From a virus, in IMG/VR virus record IMGVR_UViG_3300042691_041392: a stretch of DNA of 64,000 bases, one strand, 5' to 3'. This document shows positions 29,570-40,896 of the stretch, one piece after another. The notes under the pieces are model-generated. The model was not told the origin of the DNA, did not search any database, and saw nothing but the letters and a program-made list of their open reading frames with translations. The stretch's first letter is position 1. Each line of letters opens with the position of its first letter. The translations under genes and the position numbers were made by a program.

Positions 29570-30691
29570 ATGAAGGTTTATATGATAACTGATACTCATT
29601 TTGGTATCTATTTAAACAACTTAGATAAATGGTTAAATATGATGGAAAATACTATCTATAATTTTTTAATACCATTTTTAAAAAAAAATGTGAAAGATGG
29701 TGATATACTCATACATTTAGGAGATTTATTTGATAATAGAACATCAATACCAATTAACGTTTTAAATAAAGTTGAAAAAATATTAAAAGATATATCGAAT
29801 ATAATACCGATGCATATAATGGTTGGTAATCATGATTTATTCAACAAAGGATCCAATTCAATAAACTCGGTTAGGTTATATAGTTATATAAATGATAATA
29901 TAACCGTATATGAGGAACCAACAAATATAAAAGTAATGAATAAGAATTTAGTCTTAATACCATGGGTGGAAAAAAGAATTGATTTAATAAAGGTGATTAA
30001 GGATAACCAAGGTGATTACCTATTCTGCCATTCAGATTTAAATGGATGTGTAATGCATCTAAACTCCGTAGCTCACAGAAATGTTGATAAAATAGATGTT
30101 GAAGAGTTTGTTGGATATAAAGAAGTATTTAGCGGACACGTGCATATTTGTCAACGTAATAAGAATTTTAGATTTATTGGTAGTTTATGGCAAATGGATA
30201 GAAATGACACCGGTGACCAAAAAGGGATAACATCTCTTGATTTAGAGACTGGAGAAGTTGAATTTTACCCAAATAACTATTCACCTATCTTTAGAAAGTT
30301 TAGAGTTATCACAGAAGAGGATATTGATAGATTAGATGATTTAAGAGACACTAAAGACTATATTGATATATCTATATCAAATAACCTCCTAATCAACAAC
30401 AGAAAGCTTCGTAGAAAGTTAGAAGTGATGTTAGAAAGAGGTAACTTTGCTTCAGTTGAATATATTGATGATATTGTTCAAAAAAATGAAGATGGTGAAG
30501 AAATATCAGAAGCAGTTGAAATAAACGAAGAAACTATGGATATCTCTATTAAGTTAGAATATGAGAGTTATATAAAAGAATATATTCTTAAACAAAAGTA
30601 TGAGAATGAAGATTTCAAAAGTGGTATGTTAAATGAATACGACGAAATCATCAAAATATACGGAGAAAATTATAAATCAAATATAGATTAA
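29570..30691 (+). CDS. Recombination endonuclease subunit (T4 gp47/SbcD/Mre11 metallophosphoesterase)
   Basis: TDTHFG, HLGDLFD, GNHD, FCH, SGHVH, IGS..Q. Confidence 0.9.
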   Translation: MKVYMITDTHFGIYLNNLDKWLNMMENTIYNFLIPFLKKNVKDGDILIHLGDLFDNRTSIPINVLNKVEKILKDISNIIPMHIMVGNHDLFNKGSNSINSVRLYSYINDNITVYEEPTNIKVMNKNLVLIPWVEKRIDLIKVIKDNQGDYLFCHSDLNGCVMHLNSVAHRNVDKIDVEEFVGYKEVFSGHVHICQRNKNFRFIGSLWQMDRNDTGDQKGITSLDLETGEVEFYPNNYSPIFRKFRVITEEDIDRLDDLRDTKDYIDISISNNLLINNRKLRRKLEVMLERGNFASVEYIDDIVQKNEDGEEISEAVEINEETMDISIKLEYESYIKEYILKQKYENEDFKSGMLNEYDEIIKIYGENYKSNID

Positions 30692-30706
30692 AAACAAAAC
30701 CCATCT

Positions 30707-30976
30707 TTAAGATGGGTTTTTTATTAGTTTTATTTTTAAATCACCAGTACCTTTTATAACACGATGATAAACACCCATTGGTATAAATACTTTACCTTCA
30801 ATTTTTTTAGGTAACTCATCATCCAATTGTATCAACCAATCAGTCTCTTCTAATGACTCTATAATACGATCTTCTCGGTCTCTATGCCAAGTAAATTCAC
30901 CAGAGTCAGTATCTTGTTTAAACTCTCTAATAAAAATGTTTTCTTCTAGCTCTATTTCTTTGAATGGTAGTTTCAT
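30707..30976 (-). CDS. Small cupin-fold protein
   Basis: WHRDREDR...W..Q.D..LP...IP....HRVIKG. Confidence 0.7.
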   Translation of the reverse strand: MKLPFKEIELEENIFIREFKQDTDSGEFTWHRDREDRIIESLEETDWLIQLDDELPKKIEGKVFIPMGVYHRVIKGTGDLKIKLIKNPS

Positions 30977-30979
30977 ATT

Positions 30980-32338
30980 CTATATATAAAAATATTCAGG
31001 ATAATTATTTGATTTTAATCTATATCTCATTATTTGTCTATCAATACCACTCTTCTCAACAGCCATTGATATAGATTCATATTCAACACCATTTATAGAA
31101 ACTGGTTTTAACTTCGGTACACCAGTTTCCTTTAGTTCAACTACTTTATCTAAGTAAAACCATTCTGGATATGATTTAGAATTAAGTCTCCAACTTATAT
31201 AATCATATTCTTTATTAAGAATCTTTGTAGCATCGGTTATAGAACCATATTCAACACCGTCTATTGACACTCTCTCTTTTTTTGATAAATGAGGATCAAC
31301 TTCAACAAATTTATTATACTTTATATTCAAATCATTATCAACAAAAAGATAGTTTTTAAAGCGTGGTGATCTAAGTCTAAATCGAATTAATGACCTATCA
31401 ATATCTATTTTACTCACAGCATCTGAAATTGAATCATATTCAACGCCATCTATTATTATTTTTATTTTAGTTTCTTGGTCAAATCGTTTTCTTTTTTCAT
31501 TAAGTCTAATCTTTATTTTTAATTTTAAATCTTGACCAAGATATTCATAGAATTTATATCTTCTTTTGAAAAACCTATTTGGAACACAATCGAGATAAGA
31601 AATTAGACCATCTATATTTTTTTCAAAAATTAACTTATCAATCTTATCAAATTCCAAATCTTCTCTAATTTTATATTTTCCAAAAAAATATTTTAATTCA
31701 TGTCCAAAAAAATCATAGAATCCATCAGTGTTTTTAAGAAAATTATTATAAACTCTTTTTTTAATCAATTTAATTTCATTCACATATTCATCAAACCTAC
31801 CTTGATTTATTTCATTCTTAATAAATTCACACCTTTCTTTGAATTTATCATTAAATTCCTCCCACCTCTGTTTATTTTTTAATATAGAATTAATTGATAA
31901 AATATTCTTATTAATATTTACTTTGAGTTTTTCTTTATATTCAGTAGCTCTTACTTCACCAAAAGACTCTTCATATGTTCTTCCTTTAGTTTTACTACTT
32001 TTGGATATCTTCTCTTTTATTAAATCCAAATCTGGATGATTTGAAAGTGTATCACCACCATCTCCACCAGGAGAAATATTATATCCTATATCTCTTTTAG
32101 TTGAATCATACTCAGATATCCAATAAATTTCTTTTTTAGACAATTCCAGATAATCATCAGTCTCATCAATAACCTCTTTGATAAAATTGTTGATTCCATA
32201 TTTACTTATGGCACGTTTAATAAGTAAACCAGATCCAAAATAATTTGGATCTGATGTAGTATCTTTACCTATATAAATTTTATTATTTATTAGATTGGTA
32301 ATTTTATATATTTGCATAATGATAATTTTATTTACCAT
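30980..32338 (-). mobile_element. GIY-YIG (Seg-like) homing endonuclease with three C-terminal DNA-binding repeats
   Basis: IYKITNLINNKIYIGK, YFGSG, GYN...GG.GG; three I[DN]GVEY.SI..A.......I..RL.S..[YF] repeats; true start probably ATG 32317. Confidence 0.85.
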
Positions 32339-32368
32339 TATATATTATATGTTTTACCCTCCATTAGA

Positions 32369-33571
32369 TTACCAGAAGCCGGGATAGGTCATATTGTTCC
32401 ACAAATGACCATATCGATTTATTCTACATGCCCAGTAGCCTGCCTTAGTTTTATCTTTCTTAGTTGAACATTTATGACGAGCAGCAAAAGATTTTCTAGC
32501 CTCAGGGTTACTAACTTTAGCAGTTAAACCACCATGAACATCACCAAAAGCAATCTTTTTAACTTTACCAGTTTTAGGATTTTTAACATATACATAATAC
32601 TTTTTAGTTCCACCTCTCATTGGGTAGTTTAACTTAACTTCTTTCCCATGATATTCAGCCTCATTTAAATCCTCAATTATCTCCATCGGAATATCCAAAG
32701 CCACCATCTCACCTTTAAACATAGCAAATTTTCCAATCTCAGTTGATTCATATAATTCTTTATCAATACCTTTTAATTCTAAAAGTCCAGAATCATAAAG
32801 ATTTCTAGCTTCTTTTAACAAAGCAAAAAACTTTTTAGAACCAGGTCTAAAAACATTCTCAGTAACAGGTAATGAATTCATTAAGTGATATTGTAATTCT
32901 TGAGTAGGATTTTCTTCACATTCACAAGGTTCACATTCACAATCCGAACAAACATCATTAGTATCAAAAAAATCTTCCTCTGGTTCTACTTCATCAACAG
33001 AAATTGAAATTCTAAAATCTTCAAACTTTTTAATAGCTTTTTTCAAACCAGGTGTGTTACCATCATTTTGAATTTCTTTTTTAGTTTTCTTAACTTCTTT
33101 TTCCGGAGTTTCCTCAAACTCAGATTTAAATCCAACTAAGTCATCTTTTTTAGGTTCAAAAGATTTAACATCAAACTTAACTTCTTCCGAATCCTTTTCT
33201 TTTTTAGATTCACCAAGACTCCAAACATGATTACCTTCTTCATCTTGACCTTTACTTTTAACTTTAAGTAAATTCATCATATCTAAAGCTGAATCTATTT
33301 CTTCCGGAGAAAGGTTCGCACTGATTTTTTCCAATTCTTCCGGAGAAAAACTGTTTAAAATATCAACAGCATTTCTAAGTTGAACTATTTGATCATAATC
33401 TTCTTGTGTTAAAAGATTCTCACCACATTTTGGACAAGGCTTATTAACAGAACTTTCATAATCTTCAAATGGAACTGTCATATCAGAATAATCACAATTA
33501 GGATTATCACACTTTAAACCACCAACTTCTAAATCACTATGGTTATGTTCGTTATATTTCAATATTTTCAT
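32369..33571 (-). CDS. Multidomain protein: Zn ribbon, Cys cluster and basic C-terminal RKSFAARHKC...YWAC domain; probable internal head protein (start corrected to 33571)
   Basis: CDNPNC...CPKC; CSDCECEPCEC; promoter at 33597-33605 lies inside the longer ORF call. Confidence 0.6.
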   Translation of the reverse strand: MKILKYNEHNHSDLEVGGLKCDNPNCDYSDMTVPFEDYESSVNKPCPKCGENLLTQEDYDQIVQLRNAVDILNSFSPEELEKISANLSPEEIDSALDMMNLLKVKSKGQDEEGNHVWSLGESKKEKDSEEVKFDVKSFEPKKDDLVGFKSEFEETPEKEVKKTKKEIQNDGNTPGLKKAIKKFEDFRISISVDEVEPEEDFFDTNDVCSDCECEPCECEENPTQELQYHLMNSLPVTENVFRPGSKKFFALLKEARNLYDSGLLELKGIDKELYESTEIGKFAMFKGEMVALDIPMEIIEDLNEAEYHGKEVKLNYPMRGGTKKYYVYVKNPKTGKVKKIAFGDVHGGLTAKVSNPEARKSFAARHKCSTKKDKTKAGYWACRINRYGHLWNNMTYPGFW

Positions 33572-33661
33572 ATATAATAAATTAATTTTATAATTGTATA
33601 TATTAAAATTGATTATCAAAGAAATGATTTTTTAATATATACCAAAAAGTATTAAATATAA

Positions 33662-36600
33662 ATGTCTAATCATAAGAATCTAATATTCTTCGATAAAGAG
33701 GGTGGAAGTTTAAATTTTCAGTATAACGAAACAACAGATAGATTTGAAGGTGATATTCTATTTCACCAAAGTTCATCAGATATATACAAAACATACGGGT
33801 TGTATATGATGGAGAGAGTTCCATCATTTGAATATGAATTACCAGGTGAATTAACTTTAAATAAATTTCAATTATTTAACGAATATGGTTTACATTTTTA
33901 TGGAACCAATGGATCAACACAATCTATAACTGCAATAGAACCAATAAATAATGATTATAACTTCTATTCAAAATGGATTTATGGTGATAATTTTGATAAT
34001 TTATATCCAATAGGAACATTTATAGTATTTAATTCTAACTTTTTGGAATTTACTGATAAGAAAAAAACTTATGTAGTTGTTGGTTCAAAGAAAAATGCTA
34101 TAATGATTTTATCATCTGTTGATAACGCTACATTTGAAAATGATTATTACTCTATTTACTCAGCAACCTCATCTTATCAAGATGTTACTATAAGAGGTAT
34201 AAATACGGTTGGTGTTTATAATTATATAGATTCAAAATTCAATAATAATATATCTGATTGGTCTGAACCGAATTTTTATGACAGATACTATCCAGGTAAA
34301 AAGTTAAATATAGTAGGTACTGAAAAAAATGATGGTGTAATAACTGTATTACAAGATAATTTAACAGATGCTATTCATTTTGAGTACTCAACATCAGAAA
34401 TACCAGATAGTTCAAAGTTAATAATAGAAGTTATATCAAGAACTGATTTACAAATAATATATCAAGGTGGTCTGTTAATCGATAATCAAAGTAGATTGTA
34501 TTTTGATGATGATAAAGAAATACCAAAAATATTAAAACCAGGAAGAGAATTTAAAATTGAAGGATCTGTTGAGAATACAAACTTTTTAAGAGTTGCGACA
34601 ATACCAACATTTGTTGGAAATTCACAAATGACTTATTACGCAACACAATCACAGGTTATTTATAATAATAAAGTATATGAATGCTTAATTGGATATACTC
34701 AGAGTTTTGCAGGTTCGTTAAACTTTATAGCACCAGATAATTCACCAAATTGGGGGAAACAAACTTATATAAAGGTTGATAGTTCAACTACAACAGAACA
34801 ACTACCTCTTTGTCAACTTTATTTAACAACTGATCGAAATTATTTTGAGTATGGATGGACACAAAGTACCAAAACAACTTTTGCATCAGCTGCTCAGAAA
34901 TTTAAAGATGATTTAAAAGCTTTTAATATAGATCTATATTATAAAAATGGTTATTTAAAGGCGGATCTTATATATCCAAGTAAATATGCAATAGTAAACT
35001 TCTATCACACCAAATTAGGTGCCACTTACTCAATAGGTAATGAGACACAAACAAACGAAAGATTAGTCGAAGTAAAAGAAAAACTAAACTATGAGTTAAA
35101 TTATGATTATTCAGAAAACTATAAATATAATGTCGTTTTTACTGACATTGATGAATATGGAATTAAATTAATAATCAACAAACAAACTTACGAAGAAGAA
35201 GTTGCTTGGGTATATTCAGGTGGATCACCTGATATGGAAAGAACTATTGATAGAACTTTAAGAGCATGGTTAACAAGAAACTATGTCAAATTATACACAT
35301 TAGGTATTGTAGCTGAATTAGCATACTTAGGAAGCTTCACATCACCATTTTACAATGGAATTGTTTTAAAAAGTTTCTATCCAAACGTACCATTTGATTT
35401 GGAAAGAGTTGAGGTTGGAACAACCGCTAATTTCTTTATAGAACATTCAAGAGTTTTATTTGGATCATCAGCCTCTTTTGGTCCTTATTTATCTATTGAT
35501 ATAAATAATAAGAAATATGACCAAGAAACTATATATGCGACATATTCAGCAACACAATCAACATATAAACCGGTTGATATACCATCTACGTTAAGTGAAT
35601 GGGTAGATACTCACTCGGAAAACCTTTTAGAAATGGGTATAATTGTAACAAATATAAACAACCTACTCAAATTCGATCTTAATAGATTAGATAGAATTTT
35701 TCAATACTCTATAAGCACGGGTAAAGTAGAAATACCTGGATCTGAAGATTACACTATAACCAAAAAAATGAAAGGTAATCGAGGATCTTTAATTTCATCA
35801 AATGAAATAGCATTACCATCAACAGCAACAGCTTCTTTTGAAGAACTTGGGTTTGCTACCGGGATGGTTGTAGCGGTACATAATACAAATTTCCCTTATA
35901 ATAATCAAGAATATAATATAGAGTTTTTAGATCCACAAGTAATGAATTTAAGTTACCAAGGACCATTCTGGGGATTAACAAGTTCTATTTGTAACTCATC
36001 AGCTTATGTAACTTTGGCATTTGATTTAGGATTTGGAGCAACAGCATGTTACATACCAGGTGTAACAGGTAGCGGAGGACCTTTTAATTCTAGTCAATTT
36101 GATCAAGTAATGTTTGGATTATCTTACAATCCAACAACATATGATTCAAATTCTCTTTTACTAGGAACTGATTTAGGAGCTACTAATTTAGTAGATTTGA
36201 AATATATTCAATTATCTAATTATGTTTATTTATTTGGTGATAACGTGATTGTAATGGATGCTTATCTATATATGCATGTAAAAACAATAACACTATCAGG
36301 TAATGCAAATCCAATTAAAATGGATTTTAACACATATAATAATTATCTATATTGTTTATCACAAAATAAAATATGGATTATCGATCCTCTATTAAATAGC
36401 ATTGTCAAATCTATAACTTTAACATATAATGCTAAAGATATGGCTATCAATCCATATAATGGAGATATTTATATAACTTACTCAAATAGTGCTACAATAG
36501 ACATATATGATTATTTAAATACTTTCGTAAAAACAATAACAACACCATCTACATTAGATACTATGACGGGTAAAATGGTATTTAACGACTTTGAAAAGGA

Positions 36601-39424
36601 TATGTATGTCACAACCGATGCTAACTTAGTATTGAGAATTGATGGAACAACAAGAACATATCAAACATCATACACAGTACCAGGATTAACACATTCAATA
36701 TTTTACGAACCTGTAAGAGAGTCGATTTATGTATATGGTGAGAATTTATACAAAATTGATAATGGAGTTACTTATTCAATAACATCAGTTACAAATAGTT
36801 CATTTACTGATATATTATACAATAATCTAACAGGTGAGATGAATTTAACAGATCCTAGTAAGAGATTTTTATCATTAGATTTATCAACGGATACATTAAC
36901 AACAAACATTGATATTGGATCATATGGATATTTAGCATTAAATCAATTTGATGCTAGTCTTTATGTATCATCACAAGTATTAAACTCTATTTTTGTTATA
37001 GATCCAATAAATGGACAAGTTATACACAACCAACCAGTTGGAACGAGAACAACTAAAATAATTTATAACCCGGAAAGAAAGTCAGTTTGGGCTATTCAAC
37101 CATCTATAAACTCTTTAGTGGAAATTTTACCAACCGTTTTAAGTGAAATAAACTACTCATCAGAAACGAATGAAGCTTTCACCGAAAATATGTATGGTAC
37201 TTTAGATCCAAACTATATAAAAAGAGATAATCTTTGGTTAAAGACAAGAGAGTATGTTAGAAGACCAAGAGAAAAATTCACTGGTCAAACTCCAGTTGTT
37301 TACTATTATGAGTGGTTATCTGATAACGCACCTGAATTTTTTATGTATGATATATCAGGAGAACAATTAGAAAAAACCGGATCATATGCTTATACAGGAC
37401 CAAAACCACTTCTTGAAGCTCCTATAAATAAAAAACCAAATAGAGATATAACAAAGGTAAATTCACCACAACATCAACAAACTGTTTTTGATAGAGTTGA
37501 ATATACATTAGAATATATAGATGACGAGGTATCAATATCAACAAAACCAAGATCTTTAGAACTATTCTTAGGATATAAATCGGAAGAAGAAGGACCATTA
37601 AGATCTGTTTTACAACTATATAAACAAGAAGAAATAGAGTTTAGTATAACCAGTACATCAACTAATAATAATGTTGTCACGTTTCAAATGTTAGGAACTG
37701 CATCTCAATTTGATACAGATAAAAGAGCAGTAATAACACTAAACACAGAATCAGGTGAGTATTTCAATGATAAAGAATTATCACCTGGTCAGAGAATTGC
37801 TATCTATCTAAAAGATACATCAAATACTAAAAATCAGTATATATCTTACAACAATGGTAGTTTATTTAAAATAAGACAAGTTTTTAGTAAGACACTTATA
37901 TTAGACTTCATAGATATAGAAAATGACTTTATAGTAAACGAATCAACAGTTATAAGTGATTATCCTAAGGTGGGTAACACAACATATCTAAAAGCGACTT
38001 TTCAAGTTGTTGATAGAGAAATAGCTAGATTAACAACTTATGCACAAACAGAGATTGAGGATATCCGTTATAAAACTGAACTTTCTAATATAGGTAAAAA
38101 TATTGGACCAAATGAAATATTTATTTTTAAAGACTATGATATATTAGAGGGTGGTATAGATTGGGGATTTTTAAATAGGAAAAGAAAAGAGTTACTTCTA
38201 ACTAAAAATGTTATATTTCCATATATAGGAGCTTATAAATCAATAATAAACGCTATAAATTTCTTTGGTTATAATGAGTTAACATTAAATGAATATTATA
38301 GGAATATTGATCAAACATCAGCTAACTTTTTAAAGTTATTTAAGGTTGAGATTCCAGATATATTTGACAACACAGTAGAAGGTTGGAATGAAAATGATTT
38401 TATAAAACATACTCTTCCAAATGATAAATATGAATATACAAACTTATTCAATTTAACTTTTTCAATAACAGATAAAGATGGGAATAATGTATTAAACTAT
38501 AGCTTAGACGAGATAACAATAAAACTACAAGGCTTAAAACACTGGTTAAAAAGAAACATAATTCCATTAACACACAAAATCTTAGATATAACAGGTAAAG
38601 CATATTTTACAGGTGGTAATCAAATTACTCATAAAGTAAACGATATGATTATATTTAACATGAAACAAAATATGACACCAGTTACATTCAAATTAAATGA
38701 AGCATATCTAATGCCAGTTAATAGTGGATCGACTGTCTATAACTGCGTGATTGATTTCTATTCAATAATAGAGGGATTGGGAGCTGATAAAAATCCATTT
38801 GGATTATCAGTACCACCAAAACCTAATAACGAATATATAAACTTACTACAAACTCCTGATTATTTCAATGTGAAAGTCAGAACTTATAAAACTTATAAAG
38901 AATGGCAACCATTTACAACATACTCTAAAGGAGATAAAGTTATCTATTATGGAAAAATATACGAATCATTTATAGATAATAACAAAGTTTTTAATCCTAG
39001 AAAATATGAAGATGTTATATCTTGGAGCGCAAATGATGAATATGAAGTAGCAACTATAATTGAATATAATAGAGAATATTATTCATATAGTGGTTTAGGA
39101 TCAACACAATCAACTAACCCACCATTAATAGACCAAGGTGATAATGCAAATTGGGTGAATGTAACCGAATGGAAAATGATAGATTTTGAACCTGTACAAG
39201 TTTTGGATGAATTTAGAAAAGGTGATAATTTATTACCATTTAATTTTACGATAGATGCTAATATAGATCCATTTGTTGTTATAGAAGTAACATCTGATAA
39301 CGGATATGGCGCTGTATATAGAGATAAGAAAAATTATGAGATAAGAACTCTTAAAGATTTATCAGATTCGATTAAATACATTGAAACAATAGGACCTTTT
39401 AGTCCAATCACACCAATATATTAA
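33662..39424 (+). CDS. Very large baseplate/structural protein with beta-propeller-like region and CBM-like repeats
   Basis: YVTN-like propeller repeats; WQPFTTYSKGDKVIYYGKIY; PYIGAYKSIINAINFFGY wedge-like segment. Confidence 0.6.
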   Translation: MSNHKNLIFFDKEGGSLNFQYNETTDRFEGDILFHQSSSDIYKTYGLYMMERVPSFEYELPGELTLNKFQLFNEYGLHFYGTNGSTQSITAIEPINNDYNFYSKWIYGDNFDNLYPIGTFIVFNSNFLEFTDKKKTYVVVGSKKNAIMILSSVDNATFENDYYSIYSATSSYQDVTIRGINTVGVYNYIDSKFNNNISDWSEPNFYDRYYPGKKLNIVGTEKNDGVITVLQDNLTDAIHFEYSTSEIPDSSKLIIEVISRTDLQIIYQGGLLIDNQSRLYFDDDKEIPKILKPGREFKIEGSVENTNFLRVATIPTFVGNSQMTYYATQSQVIYNNKVYECLIGYTQSFAGSLNFIAPDNSPNWGKQTYIKVDSSTTTEQLPLCQLYLTTDRNYFEYGWTQSTKTTFASAAQKFKDDLKAFNIDLYYKNGYLKADLIYPSKYAIVNFYHTKLGATYSIGNETQTNERLVEVKEKLNYELNYDYSENYKYNVVFTDIDEYGIKLIINKQTYEEEVAWVYSGGSPDMERTIDRTLRAWLTRNYVKLYTLGIVAELAYLGSFTSPFYNGIVLKSFYPNVPFDLERVEVGTTANFFIEHSRVLFGSSASFGPYLSIDINNKKYDQETIYATYSATQSTYKPVDIPSTLSEWVDTHSENLLEMGIIVTNINNLLKFDLNRLDRIFQYSISTGKVEIPGSEDYTITKKMKGNRGSLISSNEIALPSTATASFEELGFATGMVVAVHNTNFPYNNQEYNIEFLDPQVMNLSYQGPFWGLTSSICNSSAYVTLAFDLGFGATACYIPGVTGSGGPFNSSQFDQVMFGLSYNPTTYDSNSLLLGTDLGATNLVDLKYIQLSNYVYLFGDNVIVMDAYLYMHVKTITLSGNANPIKMDFNTYNNYLYCLSQNKIWIIDPLLNSIVKSITLTYNAKDMAINPYNGDIYITYSNSATIDIYDYLNTFVKTITTPSTLDTMTGKMVFNDFEKDMYVTTDANLVLRIDGTTRTYQTSYTVPGLTHSIFYEPVRESIYVYGENLYKIDNGVTYSITSVTNSSFTDILYNNLTGEMNLTDPSKRFLSLDLSTDTLTTNIDIGSYGYLALNQFDASLYVSSQVLNSIFVIDPINGQVIHNQPVGTRTTKIIYNPERKSVWAIQPSINSLVEILPTVLSEINYSSETNEAFTENMYGTLDPNYIKRDNLWLKTREYVRRPREKFTGQTPVVYYYEWLSDNAPEFFMYDISGEQLEKTGSYAYTGPKPLLEAPINKKPNRDITKVNSPQHQQTVFDRVEYTLEYIDDEVSISTKPRSLELFLGYKSEEEGPLRSVLQLYKQEEIEFSITSTSTNNNVVTFQMLGTASQFDTDKRAVITLNTESGEYFNDKELSPGQRIAIYLKDTSNTKNQYISYNNGSLFKIRQVFSKTLILDFIDIENDFIVNESTVISDYPKVGNTTYLKATFQVVDREIARLTTYAQTEIEDIRYKTELSNIGKNIGPNEIFIFKDYDILEGGIDWGFLNRKRKELLLTKNVIFPYIGAYKSIINAINFFGYNELTLNEYYRNIDQTSANFLKLFKVEIPDIFDNTVEGWNENDFIKHTLPNDKYEYTNLFNLTFSITDKDGNNVLNYSLDEITIKLQGLKHWLKRNIIPLTHKILDITGKAYFTGGNQITHKVNDMIIFNMKQNMTPVTFKLNEAYLMPVNSGSTVYNCVIDFYSIIEGLGADKNPFGLSVPPKPNNEYINLLQTPDYFNVKVRTYKTYKEWQPFTTYSKGDKVIYYGKIYESFIDNNKVFNPRKYEDVISWSANDEYEVATIIEYNREYYSYSGLGSTQSTNPPLIDQGDNANWVNVTEWKMIDFEPVQVLDEFRKGDNLLPFNFTIDANIDPFVVIEVTSDNGYGAVYRDKKNYEIRTLKDLSDSIKYIETIGPFSPITPIY

Positions 39425-39428
39425 AAAC

Positions 39429-39460
39429 AAAAAAACCTCTTAAAATTAAGAGGTTTTTTT
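39429..39460. terminator. Bidirectional terminator
   Basis: aaaaaaacctcttaa aa ttaagaggttttttt; comparable hairpins at 14856, 30697, 46491, 52127, 56764, 58459, 59690 and 63353. Confidence 0.85.
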
Positions 39461-39475
39461 ATTTTTGTGATTTTC

Positions 39476-40129
39476 TTATTCAGAAATTTCTTCACTAGAA
39501 GTTTCGTTAACTCTATTTTCAAAAGAAACACCTTCTTCAAAAGTAGTTACCCAATTTTGGATATCAGTTGATAAATTTTTACCATAAGTATCATAATAGT
39601 TAAATACTTTAGAAATAGATCCAATTCTTTTTAAAACTTCAGCAAACATATAAGCTTCTTTAGTAAGACCTTTAACTTTATGTTTAGCAATTAAGTGATA
39701 GATATAAGTAATCTCAGTAGCATTAACTGGAAAAGCAACTAATTGATTATCATCAGCAAATTTAGCATCTCTCATAGAACCTAAAAGTTCTGTTAATTCA
39801 ATTGCAAAGAATACAGTATTTACATCATATTCTAATTTAGAAAGAACTAAATCAGTAACGAATTTCCACTGTGGTCTATTTAAATGGAAGTTATATTTAG
39901 CATCTCTTAAAGAGTTAGCATAAGCCATCCATAATTCTTGAGCTCCTTTATAAAGTGAGTCTTTTTCATCTTCAGTTAAACCAGAACCGTTATTATTAGA
40001 AATAAAACTTTCAATGTTCTGAATTTTTGAATCTAATTCAGCCTCATAAAAAGGAGTGATTAATAAGTTTTCTGTTTCATTTTCAAAAAATGAAATTTCA
40101 GGTTTTACAACATTAGTTTCGATATTCAT
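39476..40129 (-). CDS. Hypothetical protein
   Basis: 217-aa ORF followed by terminator. Confidence 0.65.
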   Translation of the reverse strand: MNIETNVVKPEISFFENETENLLITPFYEAELDSKIQNIESFISNNNGSGLTEDEKDSLYKGAQELWMAYANSLRDAKYNFHLNRPQWKFVTDLVLSKLEYDVNTVFFAIELTELLGSMRDAKFADDNQLVAFPVNATEITYIYHLIAKHKVKGLTKEAYMFAEVLKRIGSISKVFNYYDTYGKNLSTDIQNWVTTFEEGVSFENRVNETSSEEISE

Positions 40130-40162
40130 TGTTTATTTTTATTTTTTTACAGATTATATCTG

Positions 40163-40399
40163 TTAGCTTTTTATATGTGGTTTTGGATATTCAATTATAG
40201 CATTTAAGTTTTCTAATTTGTCTTTAGCCTCTGAATATTTAGTTATCCATTTATCTTGTTCTTCCAACAAATCAGAGTGTTCACCGATAGCGGCTAAATT
40301 ATTTTCACTTAAATATAATTCTAAATTAGCTTCAGCTTCAGCCATTTGAGATTCATATCTCAGTTTAAGTGCTTTAATATACTTTTCGTTTCTTCTCAT
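40163..40399 (-). CDS. Small conserved-looking phage protein (IGEH motif)
   Basis: A.ANLE.YL.....IGEH.DL.EE. Confidence 0.6.
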   Translation of the reverse strand: MRRNEKYIKALKLRYESQMAEAEANLELYLSENNLAAIGEHSDLLEEQDKWITKYSEAKDKLENLNAIIEYPKPHIKS

Positions 40400-40401
40400 A
40401 A

Positions 40402-40848
40402 TTAAATAATAAATTCTTCGTCACTTTTAGCATCAGCTTTTTGCTCGTGATATAACTCTTCTACTTTATTTGCTCTTGCAACTTTTTCAACACCGTATTT
40501 ATTAACAATAGATGAAAATGTATTTAAATCAGTACCAACTAATTTAATTTTACCACTTTCGAAATTGATATTGATTTTATCAATCTCTTGTTCAATTAAG
40601 ATAGTAATTGATTCGTCATCAAAAACATTTAATAGATCTTCATTAATAGAAATCAATAACTCTTTTCCTAAAGAAAAAGCATACTGATCTGGAATTTTTG
40701 AAACTTTGATTAATTGTTTTTGTTTTGAATTTCCTTGAAAAAGAAATCTAACATTCACAGGAAATGATTTCTTATTAAAGATTTCTAAGAATAATTCTTC
40801 AGTTGAAGAATCTACTTCATAATAGGTTTCCTTAACTTCTTTTGCCAT
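40402..40848 (-). CDS. Possible inactive phage metallopeptidase-fold protein
   Basis: I.INE..L......ILIEQEIDKI occupies the position where active members have HExxH. Confidence 0.35.
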   Translation of the reverse strand: MAKEVKETYYEVDSSTEELFLEIFNKKSFPVNVRFLFQGNSKQKQLIKVSKIPDQYAFSLGKELLISINEDLLNVFDDESITILIEQEIDKININFESGKIKLVGTDLNTFSSIVNKYGVEKVARANKVEELYHEQKADAKSDEEFII

Positions 40849-40896
40849 ATTTTAAAATTTTATGTTTTTATTTATAAAAATAAAATATGTAAAAGT

